Positions 47,540-58,817 of a stretch of 64,000 nucleotides of DNA are shown here, one piece after another (the stretch's first letter is position 1; the number at the start of each line of letters is the position of its first letter). Source of the stretch: Rhodosorus marinus CCMP1338 (Eukaryota > Plantae > Rhodophyta). Both the position numbers and the translations under genes were made by a program. The stretch is taken from assembly GCA_029953675.1 (NCBI GenBank), contig JAMWBK010000006.1:2108001-2172000 (forward strand), given 5' to 3'. The notes beneath the pieces are model-generated. The model saw only the letters and a list, made by a program, of their open reading frames with translations, was not told the origin of the DNA and did not search any database.

Positions 47540-48262
47540 ATGAGCGGAAAGAAAGAGATCTTGGTGAGGCGTGGAGGTCGAGGTCGTCTGTCGAATCTTG
47601 GGAGGGGCGATGTTGTGAAGGAGATTGTCGTGGAAGATGCGACTGGAGATGAAGCGAGCCCGGCGGACCACTCGAAGACGGTCGTACTTTTGTGCTCGGG
47701 AGTAGTTGTGTTGGCGTTTGTGCTTGGCTGGACAATGAGGTTGATCCTACTTGGAGTGGGTATTCTTAGGCCTGTGCTGCTGACGTCTTCCGCAATGAGC
47801 AGGAAAAAGCCAGAGGTAGAAGGCAGGTGGATGTTGTATTGGATGTTCTGCGGCCTTTTCTTCCTCGCAGAAACAGCGTGGGTTCATAATGTTCGGTAGG
47901 CTTTGCCAGAAAATTTCTGCTCAAACGGAATTTAAACGACCTTCAGCTTTCCTAAGAAAAACGTCGTTTATTCTTTGATTAGTTACGCATTTCTCTTCAC
48001 CGCGACGGAGATCGCCATACTCTTCCTTCTGTCCCAGAACGAAGCAAGGAATTCTGAGCTTATCTACTCATGGGTTCTGTCTCCAGTCACTGAGGAGTTC
48101 AAATTTCACGTGGAAACAGTCACATGCAAATGTTCTTCATATGTTGATCAGGTTTGGAGCGCATTCAGCGAAGTTACTATTGGCTCTGCGAAAGCCTTCT
48201 TCAGGTCCCTGGCCAGATCATCTAGGACGGTCAGCGATCGGCTAGACCAAGCTACTGGCTGA
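47540..48262 (+). CDS. HVA22/TB2-DP1/REEP family ER-shaping membrane protein
   Basis: LLGVGILRPVLLTSSAM...EGRWMLYWMFCGLFFLAE...|YAFLFTATEIAILFLLSQNEARNSELIYSWVLSP follows the YPAYASxKA...QWLxYW...E...GAxxIY pattern. Confidence 0.75.
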
Positions 48263-48515
48263 TGGTCTTTTGGTTATGCAATGTTTACGGTGGCTTTGTC
48301 TTATTTAATAACCGTCCAGTATATACGCAAAGTTATATAACTTTGCGTATTTCTGTATCTCTGTGTTTCCCGTGTTTCACCAATATATATTGTTGAAATG
48401 GAGCTTCGATCAAGCAATGGCAACCTCTTCCTCAAGCTGTACCGTGTTAGGTTCCACTTACATCCAGCACGGGTCTTCAAGAAATTTTTCGGCGAGGAGC
48501 TTTCTCTGGAAAAGC

Positions 48516-48902
48516 TCATCGGATGGATCTTATTGAACGAGATCCCATCGAGCGAGTATCTGTGGAAGCGGTATTCCATTCGCGTCCGCCTGAGTAACGT
48601 CGACGGCTCGAGCTGCTTTCCTGGCCTTCTCCTGCTCCAGTGACATACTGAGAAACCAAAACAGAGCAAAAGTCTCGTTAGTATATCGTCAAAGGGCTCT
48701 GGCTCTGAGCCTTCCGCGTTTTCCTTGAGGAGCTTACAATAGTTGTTACATCCTCCAGTGGGCTTCTTGAAGTTTCGCCGCTGCGAGTGAGTTTACCAGT
48801 TGGACATCTTACGGTGACAAGTTTCTTACTAGCTCCAGCTCCTGCCCCTGCCCGGAGTGGCACATAGTTCTCCTTCTCCCACTCGTCAACTACCTGAGCC
48901 AT
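48516..48902 (-). CDS. 98-aa protein with KEN box, D-box and C-terminal IR tail (candidate APC/C inhibitor)
   Basis: Exon 1 is 48902-48738. The 90-nt intron (GTAAGC...CTAAC...CAG) is 48737-48648. Exon 2 is 48647-48516. The product reads ...WEKENYVP...RSPLEDVTTI|Y...RSIRSIR*. Confidence 0.75.
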
Positions 48903-50225
48903 TGAAACAGGAATATCTCGAAAACCCGATCCAAATCAAGAAAAAGTCAATACCTAACGCCGCCGCACTCAACTCCCACCTGTAGGAATCTCCACGCGCA
49001 CAAGCAATCCAGATCCGTATCTGCAAGAGAGCCTGAGTTGACCCTGACGCGAGCAGGAGAAGGGAAAAACTCTGTCATTCCAAAACGAAGCACAAAGAGA
49101 AACCAACTCGCCAGTAAGAATTCAAATATTCAAAATATTCAATCCACAAGGAAGTTGTTTCAATCATTATTGATCCGCCCACGTTGGCCAATGACGACTA
49201 TTTCTATTTTATGAAGAAGTACCTAGTTTACAGATACTGTTTCCAAATACAGTCCACAATATTAATGTTGTACAAAACATGAAACCAAAATCTATGCTAT
49301 ACACTGATTTGGGGTTTCCCTTTCAGTATTCGCTGGTAGGTTTGGGAGGACTCTGGACTTTCCGGACCTGGTAGGCTTATGTCTCAGGTTGCCGCATCGG
49401 GGTTCCATTAAGGATCGCCTCATCGTAACTACTGTCTTGGATTTCGTCGCAGGAATCTTCTTCCGCCGTTTTTGGTGGTCCAGATGTACAGTCTGATTGT
49501 CCCCAATGCGGCGGGGGCCGGAGACCACCTTCACAGGTCAAGGAGTGATCCTCGCGCGCCTTGGCGGAGAGATCAGAATGATCACAGTAAGAGAAGATTC
49601 AAAGAGTCTACCGAGCAAGACTCTCTAATCACCCAACGACAAACTGTTCTCAACGAGAGGATTACGATCCCGGTCGAATAGGAATGGTTATAAACTCTGT
49701 ACACTTCGGTGAGCATTGGCCACAGATATGGACGAAGCGACTTGCGTACAGGATTTTCGGACCTGTTCTAAAAACAGCAGTAAACAAGCCAGGGCTCAGA
49801 TTTGCCCTACTTCGGAAGCATTGTCAGACCCGCCCTTTCAGATTTATGATCGAACATTGATCTTGGCTTTTGGCAAACCGCATCCATGTGTAGACGTCAG
49901 CATAAATGCTGTTCCTTCAGTTCATTGTACCTAGCAACACTTGGAAAAGCCAAGAATCAATTGTCCTGACTCTTAAACAGCGTGAATCCTATCTCCAAGC
50001 TCTCGAGCCGGGTTTGTGACCTCACGTGTACAGACGGGCGAGATGAAGATCCTCATCGATGACTTTTTCATTTGGGACGAGATTTTGGGTTAGGAATGTC
50101 GAGGAGCAGGAAAGCCGGCGCTTTTTTTTTCAAGTGATAGTTTAAGGGGATGCGGTAGGAAACCGGAGAAGACAGTGATTCTTCTCGAGCGTATTGACTT
50201 GCTGCATAGCATTGCTCGAAGCGAC

Positions 50226-51149
50226 ATGCTTGAGGTCCGGGCTGCCTCAGAGACCAGTAGTCTCGGCTTTCTTTCCGGTGGATTTCATTGCTTTGAGCGG
50301 GTGAGTTTTCAACGATTACGAGAATGCTGGTCTGATTTCAGATACAGAGATCTGACGTAGTCACAATCTTTGCTGTTGCTTTTCGTGTAGACTGCCTTAC
50401 CCAGCCGAGCAACCTCGAGATGCTGTCCTATGTGTTTGAATATTCGGAAGAATAAGCGTTCTGCAGGTAAAAATGGTAACCACGAGAGAACTGGGCCAGC
50501 GAAGCCAGTTTTTGGAGGGCTTCAAGGACGGTTTTTACCAGCGGATTCTGAGAACAGGCACAAGTCGGAGGAAGTAGACGAGCAGAATTTTGATATCCTC
50601 GGGGACGTCAGAGAAGGCCTCCCGAGCTCATACTTTGAGCTTCCGGAGGAAAAGAAATGGAACAAACGGGCTCAAGCTGCGAAGAAGAGATGGGCGGATC
50701 CTGAGTACAGAAAGAAGATGATGGAGAAGAGGAATCTGAAGAAGAAAAAAGGAAAAGAAGATGAGAAAAAAGATGGGGATGAAGTTGGTTCAATAGACTC
50801 CATATCACCTCCACCAGATGACGAGGTGCAGGTAAGCTCTGATGCACAGGCGCTTGCAAACAAGCTACGCAGCGAGAAACTTGAAAGCCACCACAGAGAC
50901 AAGACAAAGTGGATGGAGGAGAGGCTGGCATCTGGGGCGGAGCTCCGGGATCGTTTGAACAACGACGACTACAAGGCTAAAAGACAAGAGAAGCGCAAAC
51001 AAATGGCAATCGAACGGCATAGAAAAAGGAAGGACCTCGCATTTCGTGCAAGTGCTGCGGAAGGAACAGAGTTGGATTCCCCCAAGGATGTTGGAAATAC
51101 CAAAGGCACGAGTGGCGATAGCTCCAGATCCGGGGACAGAACAAGATGA
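50226..51149 (+). CDS. Basic Lys/Glu-rich protein, probably plastid-targeted, with a NUMOD3-like motif
   Basis: Exon MLEVRAASETSSLGFLSGGFHCFER plus an intron (~50301-50390) leads into the 239-aa ORF. RAQAAKKRWADPEYRKKM resembles the WxDPEYR motifs of plant NUMOD3-type plastid proteins. Confidence 0.5.
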
Positions 51150-53128
51150 TGGTCTTGAGCGTGGTGTAATCTGTACAATAGCAGTACCCTGTAACCGTGT
51201 AAAGAAACGCGACGATGTTCGCAAGATGAAGGTCGACTGTTTTGTTTCTTTATCGGATATCAGCGCCCGCTATCCGCTTTTGATGATAGCACAATTTCTG
51301 GTCGAGCTTTGTGAACATTTGAACACCTCGGAACCTGTCCAGCAGCAGTCAATCTTTCGTAGCGGGTATCTGAAACGCCGGCCCACGTGGTTCGGCCCAC
51401 GGTAGTCTACGAAGAGTATCATTTAACCAGCTTTCTTCACAAACGCGCAACCTATAAGCTTTCCAATGCCGACTAGGGTTCGGCTTTAGTCTCCCCCCCA
51501 TCAACCCTCAGACCATACTGCTACGCTGCCAAGGAGCTCTTAGGACGCAACCGCGTTCTTGGAATTTCGGAAGATTATTCCCTCCCCATGATCGAGAAAA
51601 AGAGACAGATTGCGACATTCCGAGTTCGTAGTCTTAACCCGTTCCAGTGCTGACGTACACGAGCACCTCCTCGCGATCGATCCGCTACCCTGACTACAAC
51701 CCGGTGGCAGACACACACAAACCAAATCTATGTGAACAATGTTGCACTGTTTTTTCGTAAACAAATAGACGACACTCCGCTGATCGCTTTGTGAAACAAT
51801 TTTGCTCGAAATTCATCTTTCAGCAACCAAAAAAGGATTTGTAGAAATTTTTGTGAGCGACTCAGTGACCCGTCCAATGGGAAAAGGCTTTGACAGTTTT
51901 ATAGACGAAAATTTAGCTCTACCCGCATTGTTTTCTTTACTTTTTTCTACGGTTAATCCAATTACCACACCGGATACATTTCATACATTTTTTATTTGAT
52001 ATTTCTTTCTCGTATTATCCAGTTTTAGTAAATTTACCTCCGCTCGTGTTTCTCAAACAAAAAGTTTATGAATTTGAAGTTTGTGTGTGGAGACTGTAAA
52101 CCATATGAGGGAAATTCATGACCAACCTGATTTTTTGACTTTATAGGACATAAATAGGACGAAACTAAATTCGAGGATGAATTTACTGTTCTATTTTAGG
52201 GCCGTGTCCTGTTCTTGTATCCAGGCCTTGGAATATGGGCGCTTACATATTGAGCAGTGTTTTAACCGGGGTAAAGACACCAACCTCACGCATCATTATA
52301 TCTTCTAAATTATTATCTAATCTACTGGATCCCAGCCAATCCTGATTTTACCCTCCTTAAAAAAAGTTTTCATATACATGACGCACTGATTTTTCTACCC
52401 CTTTACACAACTTTCAAAATGTGTCCACCCCATCAATTTCCCCATGCTCCGTCTCCCCCCCACCAAAAACGTGAACATTTACAGCCCAACAAAAACTGAA
52501 GAAGAAAAAACGATCAAAAAGTATAGCTGATTGTTCACCTCTTTGTACAAGTATTCTATTTCATCTAGATTGAGAACAAACCAGATTATACTAATATACA
52601 CAGATTTAGAAAAAGTGGTTTGTCGCCTCTCCCGATAAACCTAAAAAGCAAATCTGTATTCAGTATCTAGCCGTCATACCCTCAAAAATTAAGTATCTCG
52701 CGCCGACCTAAAAAGCGGCAAAATTAACGTTGTATACCTTGTTTTTTATTCAAATTTGCTCCCCTTTTTTTTTTCTTGAGCTTTTTTTATTGGTATGTGG
52801 AATTATACTTGGGGAGGAGAAAAGTCAGTAGGCTGTTTGGGCTGGTATGGCATTCTAGGATATTTATTTCCTGATGGGGAGCTAGGGTGGGGGAGTATGG
52901 GGATTGGGTTTGAAGAGGAGGATGGTGAATGTATTGGTAGAAGGATTGGATTGAGACTTATAATAATAGTTTAAATGTTGGATTTTGGGAAGGCTTGAGG
53001 GTTGGGGAGGAAGGCAGAAGGGGTTGAAGGTTGGGTAGCAAGGCAGAAGGGGTTGCTGGGTGGATTGAAGGAGGAAGGCTCTGGTTTTTTTGGGGGGTGT
53101 GGTTGGGTGGGGTGGGGTTTGCGGGGTG

Positions 53129-54619
53129 ATGGGTGAGGATCCAGCGAAGGGGGGAGGTGATATTGGTGGTGCTGATGGAGCTGGTGGAGATTCTGCTCAG
53201 CAGGGAGGAGCTGGAGGATACCCACCTCTAGATGCGAACTATGCGACATATAATGCGGGAGCTGACGGGAAGGAAGGGTACCCGACAGTAGATACGTCGG
53301 TTGGTGCTCAGGTCCCCAGTACAACGGGGGGGTATGGTGCGTCAAATCAGGGTACTGGGTACCCCGTAGGCACTGGGTATCCGGCGATAAATCCAACGGG
53401 CTATCCCGGCGCAGATCAAGCAACCGGTTATCCACCAGCTAACCAGGCAACCGGTTATCCGCCAGCTAATCAGCCAACTGGGTATCCACCGGCTGGTCAA
53501 GAAACTGTGTACCCAGAGGCAAATCAAGCAACTGGGTATCCTCCTGTAGGTGAAGAAGGTGGGTACCCAGCGTCGGGTGCAGCAGCAGGGTATCCGGCTC
53601 AACCTCAGGTTTATCCAAACTATGCAAATCTTGGATACGGAGACACCGCTGCTGTGGGTACGGGAGGGTATGAAACTAAAGCGATTCCCGGCCAGACTGC
53701 TGTTGATCCATCGCTGTATTACAAGGATGAGATAGCACCCGAGTCGGGTGTGAACGATGGGGATCTGGAGGAGAAGGGTGGTGTCTCTGTCAAACCAGCG
53801 GGGGGCGCAGGGGCCGCGGCAGGAGCGTTCTTCGTAGCAGCGCCACCTGAGGCCTATACGTATCAACAAGCAACGAATACTGAGTTTGGAAAGGGCGCGC
53901 CTGCTCCCGGTACAGTGGATATCGAGAGCGGACAGCCTGAGAATGAAGTGAATATCTCCCACTCAGGTGTGAGAAACGCGTTCCTGCGCAAGGTGTTCGC
54001 AATTGTTACAATACAGATTCTCATCACAACTGGGATATCATTGATGTGCGTTTACATCGTGCCGCTGAGGGAGTTTTGTGCAGATAACTGGTGGATTTGG
54101 CTCGTCTTCTTCTTTGCGGCTATGATCTGTCTCTTCATTCTTCAGTGGAAAAGACACAAACACCCTCAAAACTTGGTATGGCTGGGAATCTTTACAGTCA
54201 TTATGTCTTTTTTCGTCGGAACTATATGTGCGACCTACGCAGACAACGGATACGGATCCGCAATCGCGTATTCGTTTGTGTCGACTCTGGCGATTTTCAT
54301 AACCATAACTGCTTATTGCTGGTGGTCGAAGAAAGACTTCAGCTTCCTGTATGGATTCATCATCGCGTTCTTCATTGCGATTGTCATCGCATTTATTGTC
54401 ATCTGGTTTGTCGATCTCTTCGGAGATTTAAGTCGCTGGGCCTGGTTTGGTATCCAAATAGCGGGTGCGCTTCTTGTAACTGCAGTCCTCTTGTTTGACT
54501 GCTCCCAGATTGTGAACAAGTACCCAGTGGATGAGTACATTCAAGGAGCAATTTCGCTGTACGTGGACTTTATCAATCTGTTCCTCTGTCTGCTCGGAGC
54601 TTTCGGATCAGCAGGATAG
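53129..54619 (+). CDS. TMBIM/Bax inhibitor-1 family (lifeguard-like) protein with a long GYP-repeat N-terminus
   Basis: VRNAFLRKVFAIV, seven hydrophobic segments, KKDFSFL, and DEYIQGAISLYVDFINLFL. Single exon. Confidence 0.93.
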   Translation: MGEDPAKGGGDIGGADGAGGDSAQQGGAGGYPPLDANYATYNAGADGKEGYPTVDTSVGAQVPSTTGGYGASNQGTGYPVGTGYPAINPTGYPGADQATGYPPANQATGYPPANQPTGYPPAGQETVYPEANQATGYPPVGEEGGYPASGAAAGYPAQPQVYPNYANLGYGDTAAVGTGGYETKAIPGQTAVDPSLYYKDEIAPESGVNDGDLEEKGGVSVKPAGGAGAAAGAFFVAAPPEAYTYQQATNTEFGKGAPAPGTVDIESGQPENEVNISHSGVRNAFLRKVFAIVTIQILITTGISLMCVYIVPLREFCADNWWIWLVFFFAAMICLFILQWKRHKHPQNLVWLGIFTVIMSFFVGTICATYADNGYGSAIAYSFVSTLAIFITITAYCWWSKKDFSFLYGFIIAFFIAIVIAFIVIWFVDLFGDLSRWAWFGIQIAGALLVTAVLLFDCSQIVNKYPVDEYIQGAISLYVDFINLFLCLLGAFGSAG

Positions 54620-55101
54620 GACTTGTCCTCTATTTTTTGTTCGCGATTATTAGGCATGCTTTTTTTGGACCGCATCAGGTCTGTGTTCTTCGTTTTCGCG
54701 TTTTTTTGGAAGCGCCGCCAGCGGAAATAAAGGCACCGTTGCTCACACCAAAGCAGCCCTCAGCTTGCAGCAATCCAGGAAGCGAATGTTGGGTTTCAGA
54801 AAAAACATGCGTGTCCCAACAAACAAGTCAACCATCTGCTGGCTGAACGTTAGCTACTTTTATCGTCTTGCGATAAGGAAATTCTGTAACTACTAACTAA
54901 TAGTTGTGCTTGTTCACATAGCCACACCGCTCCAAAGAGCTCCTTAGATGATGGACTCTCGGCGGCCAGGGTAGCTTTAAACGAAGCAGCTTTTCCATCA
55001 ACCTCAGAGGCACCAGCAACATGCCTCGCAGTCTTCATTCGGCAGATTCTCATACGCTTTTGGCATTGGAATGGAGGCAAACACTGCACCAAGACAAAGG
55101 G

Positions 55102-56145
55102 CTATGCGGCGCTGGTTTTCCGATAGTTCAACATGGGGTCGACTAGTGTCGGCACAACAGCTCTGAGCTCTCCTGGTTTGTATGAGTAGTGGCCGTAATG
55201 CCTCAGCTCCTCATTCCGCAACGCACATTCTAGCACAGACAGGGTGTACGAGTCAGGTGAAACGAAGACAATATCGCATGCCTGGTACATCGTTTCAGTT
55301 TTGGATATAAGCTGTCTCATTCTGAGGAACACGTCGTGGATCGATTCTAGACAAAAGTGGGCAAAGATGAGCATTGTGTCAGGATAGTCCTGAGACTGGA
55401 CAAGTCTTCTCCAACAGACTCTGAGGTATAGGGCTACTACCATTGGGCGTTCCATCTTCTCCCAAGTCCATTCTTAGATAGTGATCCTTTTCATCGATCG
55501 AATTAATAATTGGTACAGCTTTCGTCGTCTCGACTCCCTCGTAGACTCCCATACCGCGACAGTCTAGGTACGAGTATTCTGGCACAAGGTTCTCTCGCCG
55601 CATGTTTAACCTTGTCATCAGGATTTCCGCAGTCTCGGAAGCCTTTGCATCGGTTCCCGTCCAGATCCAGAACTCACGATCCCCAAACGGCCCGATATTA
55701 TTCTTTTCTAACTTATCAGCGGCGTAGACAGCTTGATAGTGCCCCTTCTCCGTAAGACCGTTTTCAACGTTCAGCTTCTCAACAGGGTTCGTCTTTATCA
55801 CACCCAGAGCATCATATTTAGACTCTCCAGCTCTCATGAAATAATACCTAGCCAACGCGGTTCCAAATTAGTCCTATTCAGGTCAATCCAATTCTCAGAT
55901 CAACTTCTCACGTGCTCGTCCTACCTGTTCTCCAGTGGTGATCGCAGGGGCAGGAGTACCAATCCACGCGCTTCGGCTGGTTTGTTCGGAGTCAACAGCG
56001 TCAGAGCAAGAGCCCCAGAACCCGCCATAAAATCTCGCCGTGAGATCGAACATGTCCACGCGACTCTCGTCCTCTTCGCCACCGAGTTCCTAGAGCTCGG
56101 AAGTCGTACCTTCAAACTCGTTGTGAAGCAAACATCACCACCCAT
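55102..56145 (-). CDS. Histidine-phosphatase/PGM-superfamily-like plastid protein (similar to the recalled plant At5g62840 type)
   Basis: ARGL...NR|YYFMRAGES...NPVEK...GLTEKG...VPEYSYLDCRGMGVYEG...DGTPN|ESIHDVFLRMRQLISKTETMY...VSPDS...PGELR. The leader has a twin-arginine SRRDFM. Confidence 0.85.
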
Positions 56146-56564
56146 AGCTCTTCAAAAAAACTTCAACCCCCAACAACCTCTAGTCTCGACTTCTTACTCC
56201 TCCTCCTTCTCCTCCCCTCTCCCTCCCCAGAAATGAACCGCATCAAAAAAGCAAACCCCAAGAAATACCAAATATACTTACCAAAACCCTAATCCATCCA
56301 CCTCTTTCAACACCTTCCCCCCACCACCAGCCACCCGTTCCCTCCCTCTTCAAAATGACATTCCCCTTCCCCCCCCCCCAACCCATCCGATCCCGATTTT
56401 TTTTTCCTTATGTCAAAAACAAATCCTCATTTAGATCAAGAAAATGTGTTAACCGTTAAGATCATAACGTTTTTTTAACAAAACTGACTCTATTCCACGC
56501 ACACTCTCCAACCCGCCCCCTTTTTCACCTTCCCCCTCAAAAACAAACGAAAAAATACCAAAAG

Positions 56565-56695
56565 GGACTTTTTGCCGGATTTCGTGAGGAAATTGGAATT
56601 TCTTCGGCTGTGTGCGTGATTGACTTTTTTGCCGGATTTCGTGCGTGATTGACTTTGCCGGATTTCGTGAGGAAAAATTGGATTTTTCGGCTGCC
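56565..56695. repeat. Composite short direct repeats in a promoter/intergenic region
   Basis: gactt(tt)tgccggatttcgtg occurs three times. It is interleaved with two gaggaaa..ttgga.ttt.ttcggctg blocks and two gcgtgatt blocks. Confidence 0.9.
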
Positions 56696-58208
56696 TGTTT
56701 GCTCATCGGGTGGATATTTTTTTCACGGAAAAGTGGCGTTTTACAACAGAGAGGCGTTTTCGTATAATGATTGAATCTTGATTGATTTGGAGTTTTTGTC
56801 TGTTTGATTTCTAGGTTTGGTATTGAATAGTGATTATTTATGAGTATGACAGACTGTCGTTCTTAACCTATAGACAGCTGTTGGTCGCTCGATTCGGAAT
56901 GGGATTCAGAGGGAGGTAAAGGAAGCGGGAGGGGAGGGAGAGGGCAATGGAGGCGAAGGTAAAGGGGGAAGGGGGGGAATGAAATACTCTAGGAAAAACC
57001 GTCAAGTATGGATCGAAAAGGGGGAAGAATTCATAGCTGGTTGGCACTCTGAACTGGCAACTCCCTAGGACTTAGCAGCCCGTTTTATTCTCCGCTTAGA
57101 AGCTCGATGGAAGGGTTCCAGAAACTAGGGAAACTAGAGTTTTTTACAATATGCGATAACTTTATCAGTTTTGGCAGAGTGCCGTCTACCAGAAGACTTA
57201 GTACTAGACCTTCCACCCCCACGGAGTCGTTTATGATAAGTTGATATGGTCGGCCGCTGAAGACTGTTCGCGAAGCTGAAGTCGTAGCATCCGATGCTTG
57301 TGTTCAAGGGTTCATAGAGCACGAAATAAAAAAAAAACATACCCAAAGGGAAAGCAGAAAGTCTGGGACACGATGGCCCTAATACAATCCTACGAGCAGT
57401 CTAGAAACATTTCCAGGAGGCGAAAGAGGAGCTTGAGCCCACAACATGTCTCTTTCAACCGAACCGCAAACCATCCTTTCACGAACCGCTAGAAAGCACA
57501 GAACCCGTCAAACAGCATTCCACCTGCCCTTGAAAATCCACAGGACAAGCCCCAACCCAGAATTTTAGCCACAAATTGCCCAATAAAAAGAAAGAAACAG
57601 CAGAACTCCAGTGAGGAGTCTTCCGTTTACTCATCATCAGCAAGTCCATCCCTTCCGCCCCTCCCCCCCTCAGCACCAACTCACCCACCTCATAGTAACC
57701 CAACCTCTCCCCAAAGTCCCAAACCACAAATCAAACATCAATACCAGAAACTTACACTTTTTCAACTGACCAATCAAAAAATATCTTTATGAAAATTCAA
57801 TTCATAATACAACTGTACTATGTTTATTGGATATAATCAAAATCAACAACCAATCACAATATACTAAATATTTAATTGGATAAAGGTATATTTAATATCG
57901 TATTATTGGATTAAAAATATAATAATATAAACATTCTGTTGTCAAGGAGTATTTATTGGATGATTTATTTGTGTTTGTCCAATAATTGACAGTAATCGGT
58001 ATCTGGATTGCCTAGATTTGGATCGTATTGAAGAGATTTTCTTCCTGCGACGTTTGAGTTGGGATTTAAGGGATCGAGATGAAGCTGATTGGACTGGACG
58101 CAGAGAGGACGGAGGGTGGGAAGTGGCAGTGAAGGAATGAGTGAGGGAGGTGAAGGTATTGAAAAGGTCTTGTAGGAGAGTTGTGGTATCTGATAACCAG
58201 AAACCAGC

Positions 58209-58817
58209 ATGGGTTTTGTAGGTGTTGCTGGGGTTGGAGGGTATGGGCGCCGCAGTAGGAGTGTTTGTAGGAGGACACGAATTGTTGCGGTTGCAGTTGC
58301 TCCGAGGCAGATTGGTGATGACTACTGGATCGGTGGTAATGTAAGTGAAGAAGCTATATCTGAGCTGTCCCCAAAGTCAGTCATGCTTCTAAAGACATCG
58401 GCTGAGGAAGGTGTGACGGCGGAGGAGGTCCAGAAATTCTGCGTGGAGAAAGGAATTGACATGAAGTGGGTTCCTGTTGCTCCGAAGATGGTGAGGACCT
58501 CAAGCCTGCGAAGAGAAGCCTGTAGTTGATAGACGCTGTTGTCTGAATTGTAGGGTGGTTCCTGTCATCGCCTTTGTTTCCGGTGTCCGCAGGCTGACAG
58601 AGAGCTCGCTGATGAGATCGTAAACTTGCTTAGCGCTCAGGAAAAACCAGTTTTGATCGAGTGCGCATCTGGGGTCCGCGCCGGAGCAGCATTGTCCATA
58701 TACATGGCGAGAGAAAACGGTATGTCATTTGAAGAAATTCGAGAGCTGGCCGTTGAACAGGCAATGAACTGGCCAGAGGTACCCCCTCTGGCGAAGTGGG
58801 TATCTGAGTCAGTATGA
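58209..58817 (+). CDS. DUF442/TIGR01244 (Blh-type) PTP-fold protein, plastid-targeted
   Basis: MGFVG...transit peptide; PRQIGDDYWIGG...EKGIDMKWVPV|...EKPVLIECASGVRAGA, a CX4R loop. One intron at ~58492-58592. Confidence 0.72.

Noticed and set aside
48437-48461. 25-nt micro-intron-like string GTAAGT...CTAAC...CAG on the minus strand (a similar 20-nt string lies at 81-100)
   Set aside because: It is far shorter than the introns supported elsewhere in this window and is not needed for any reading frame.
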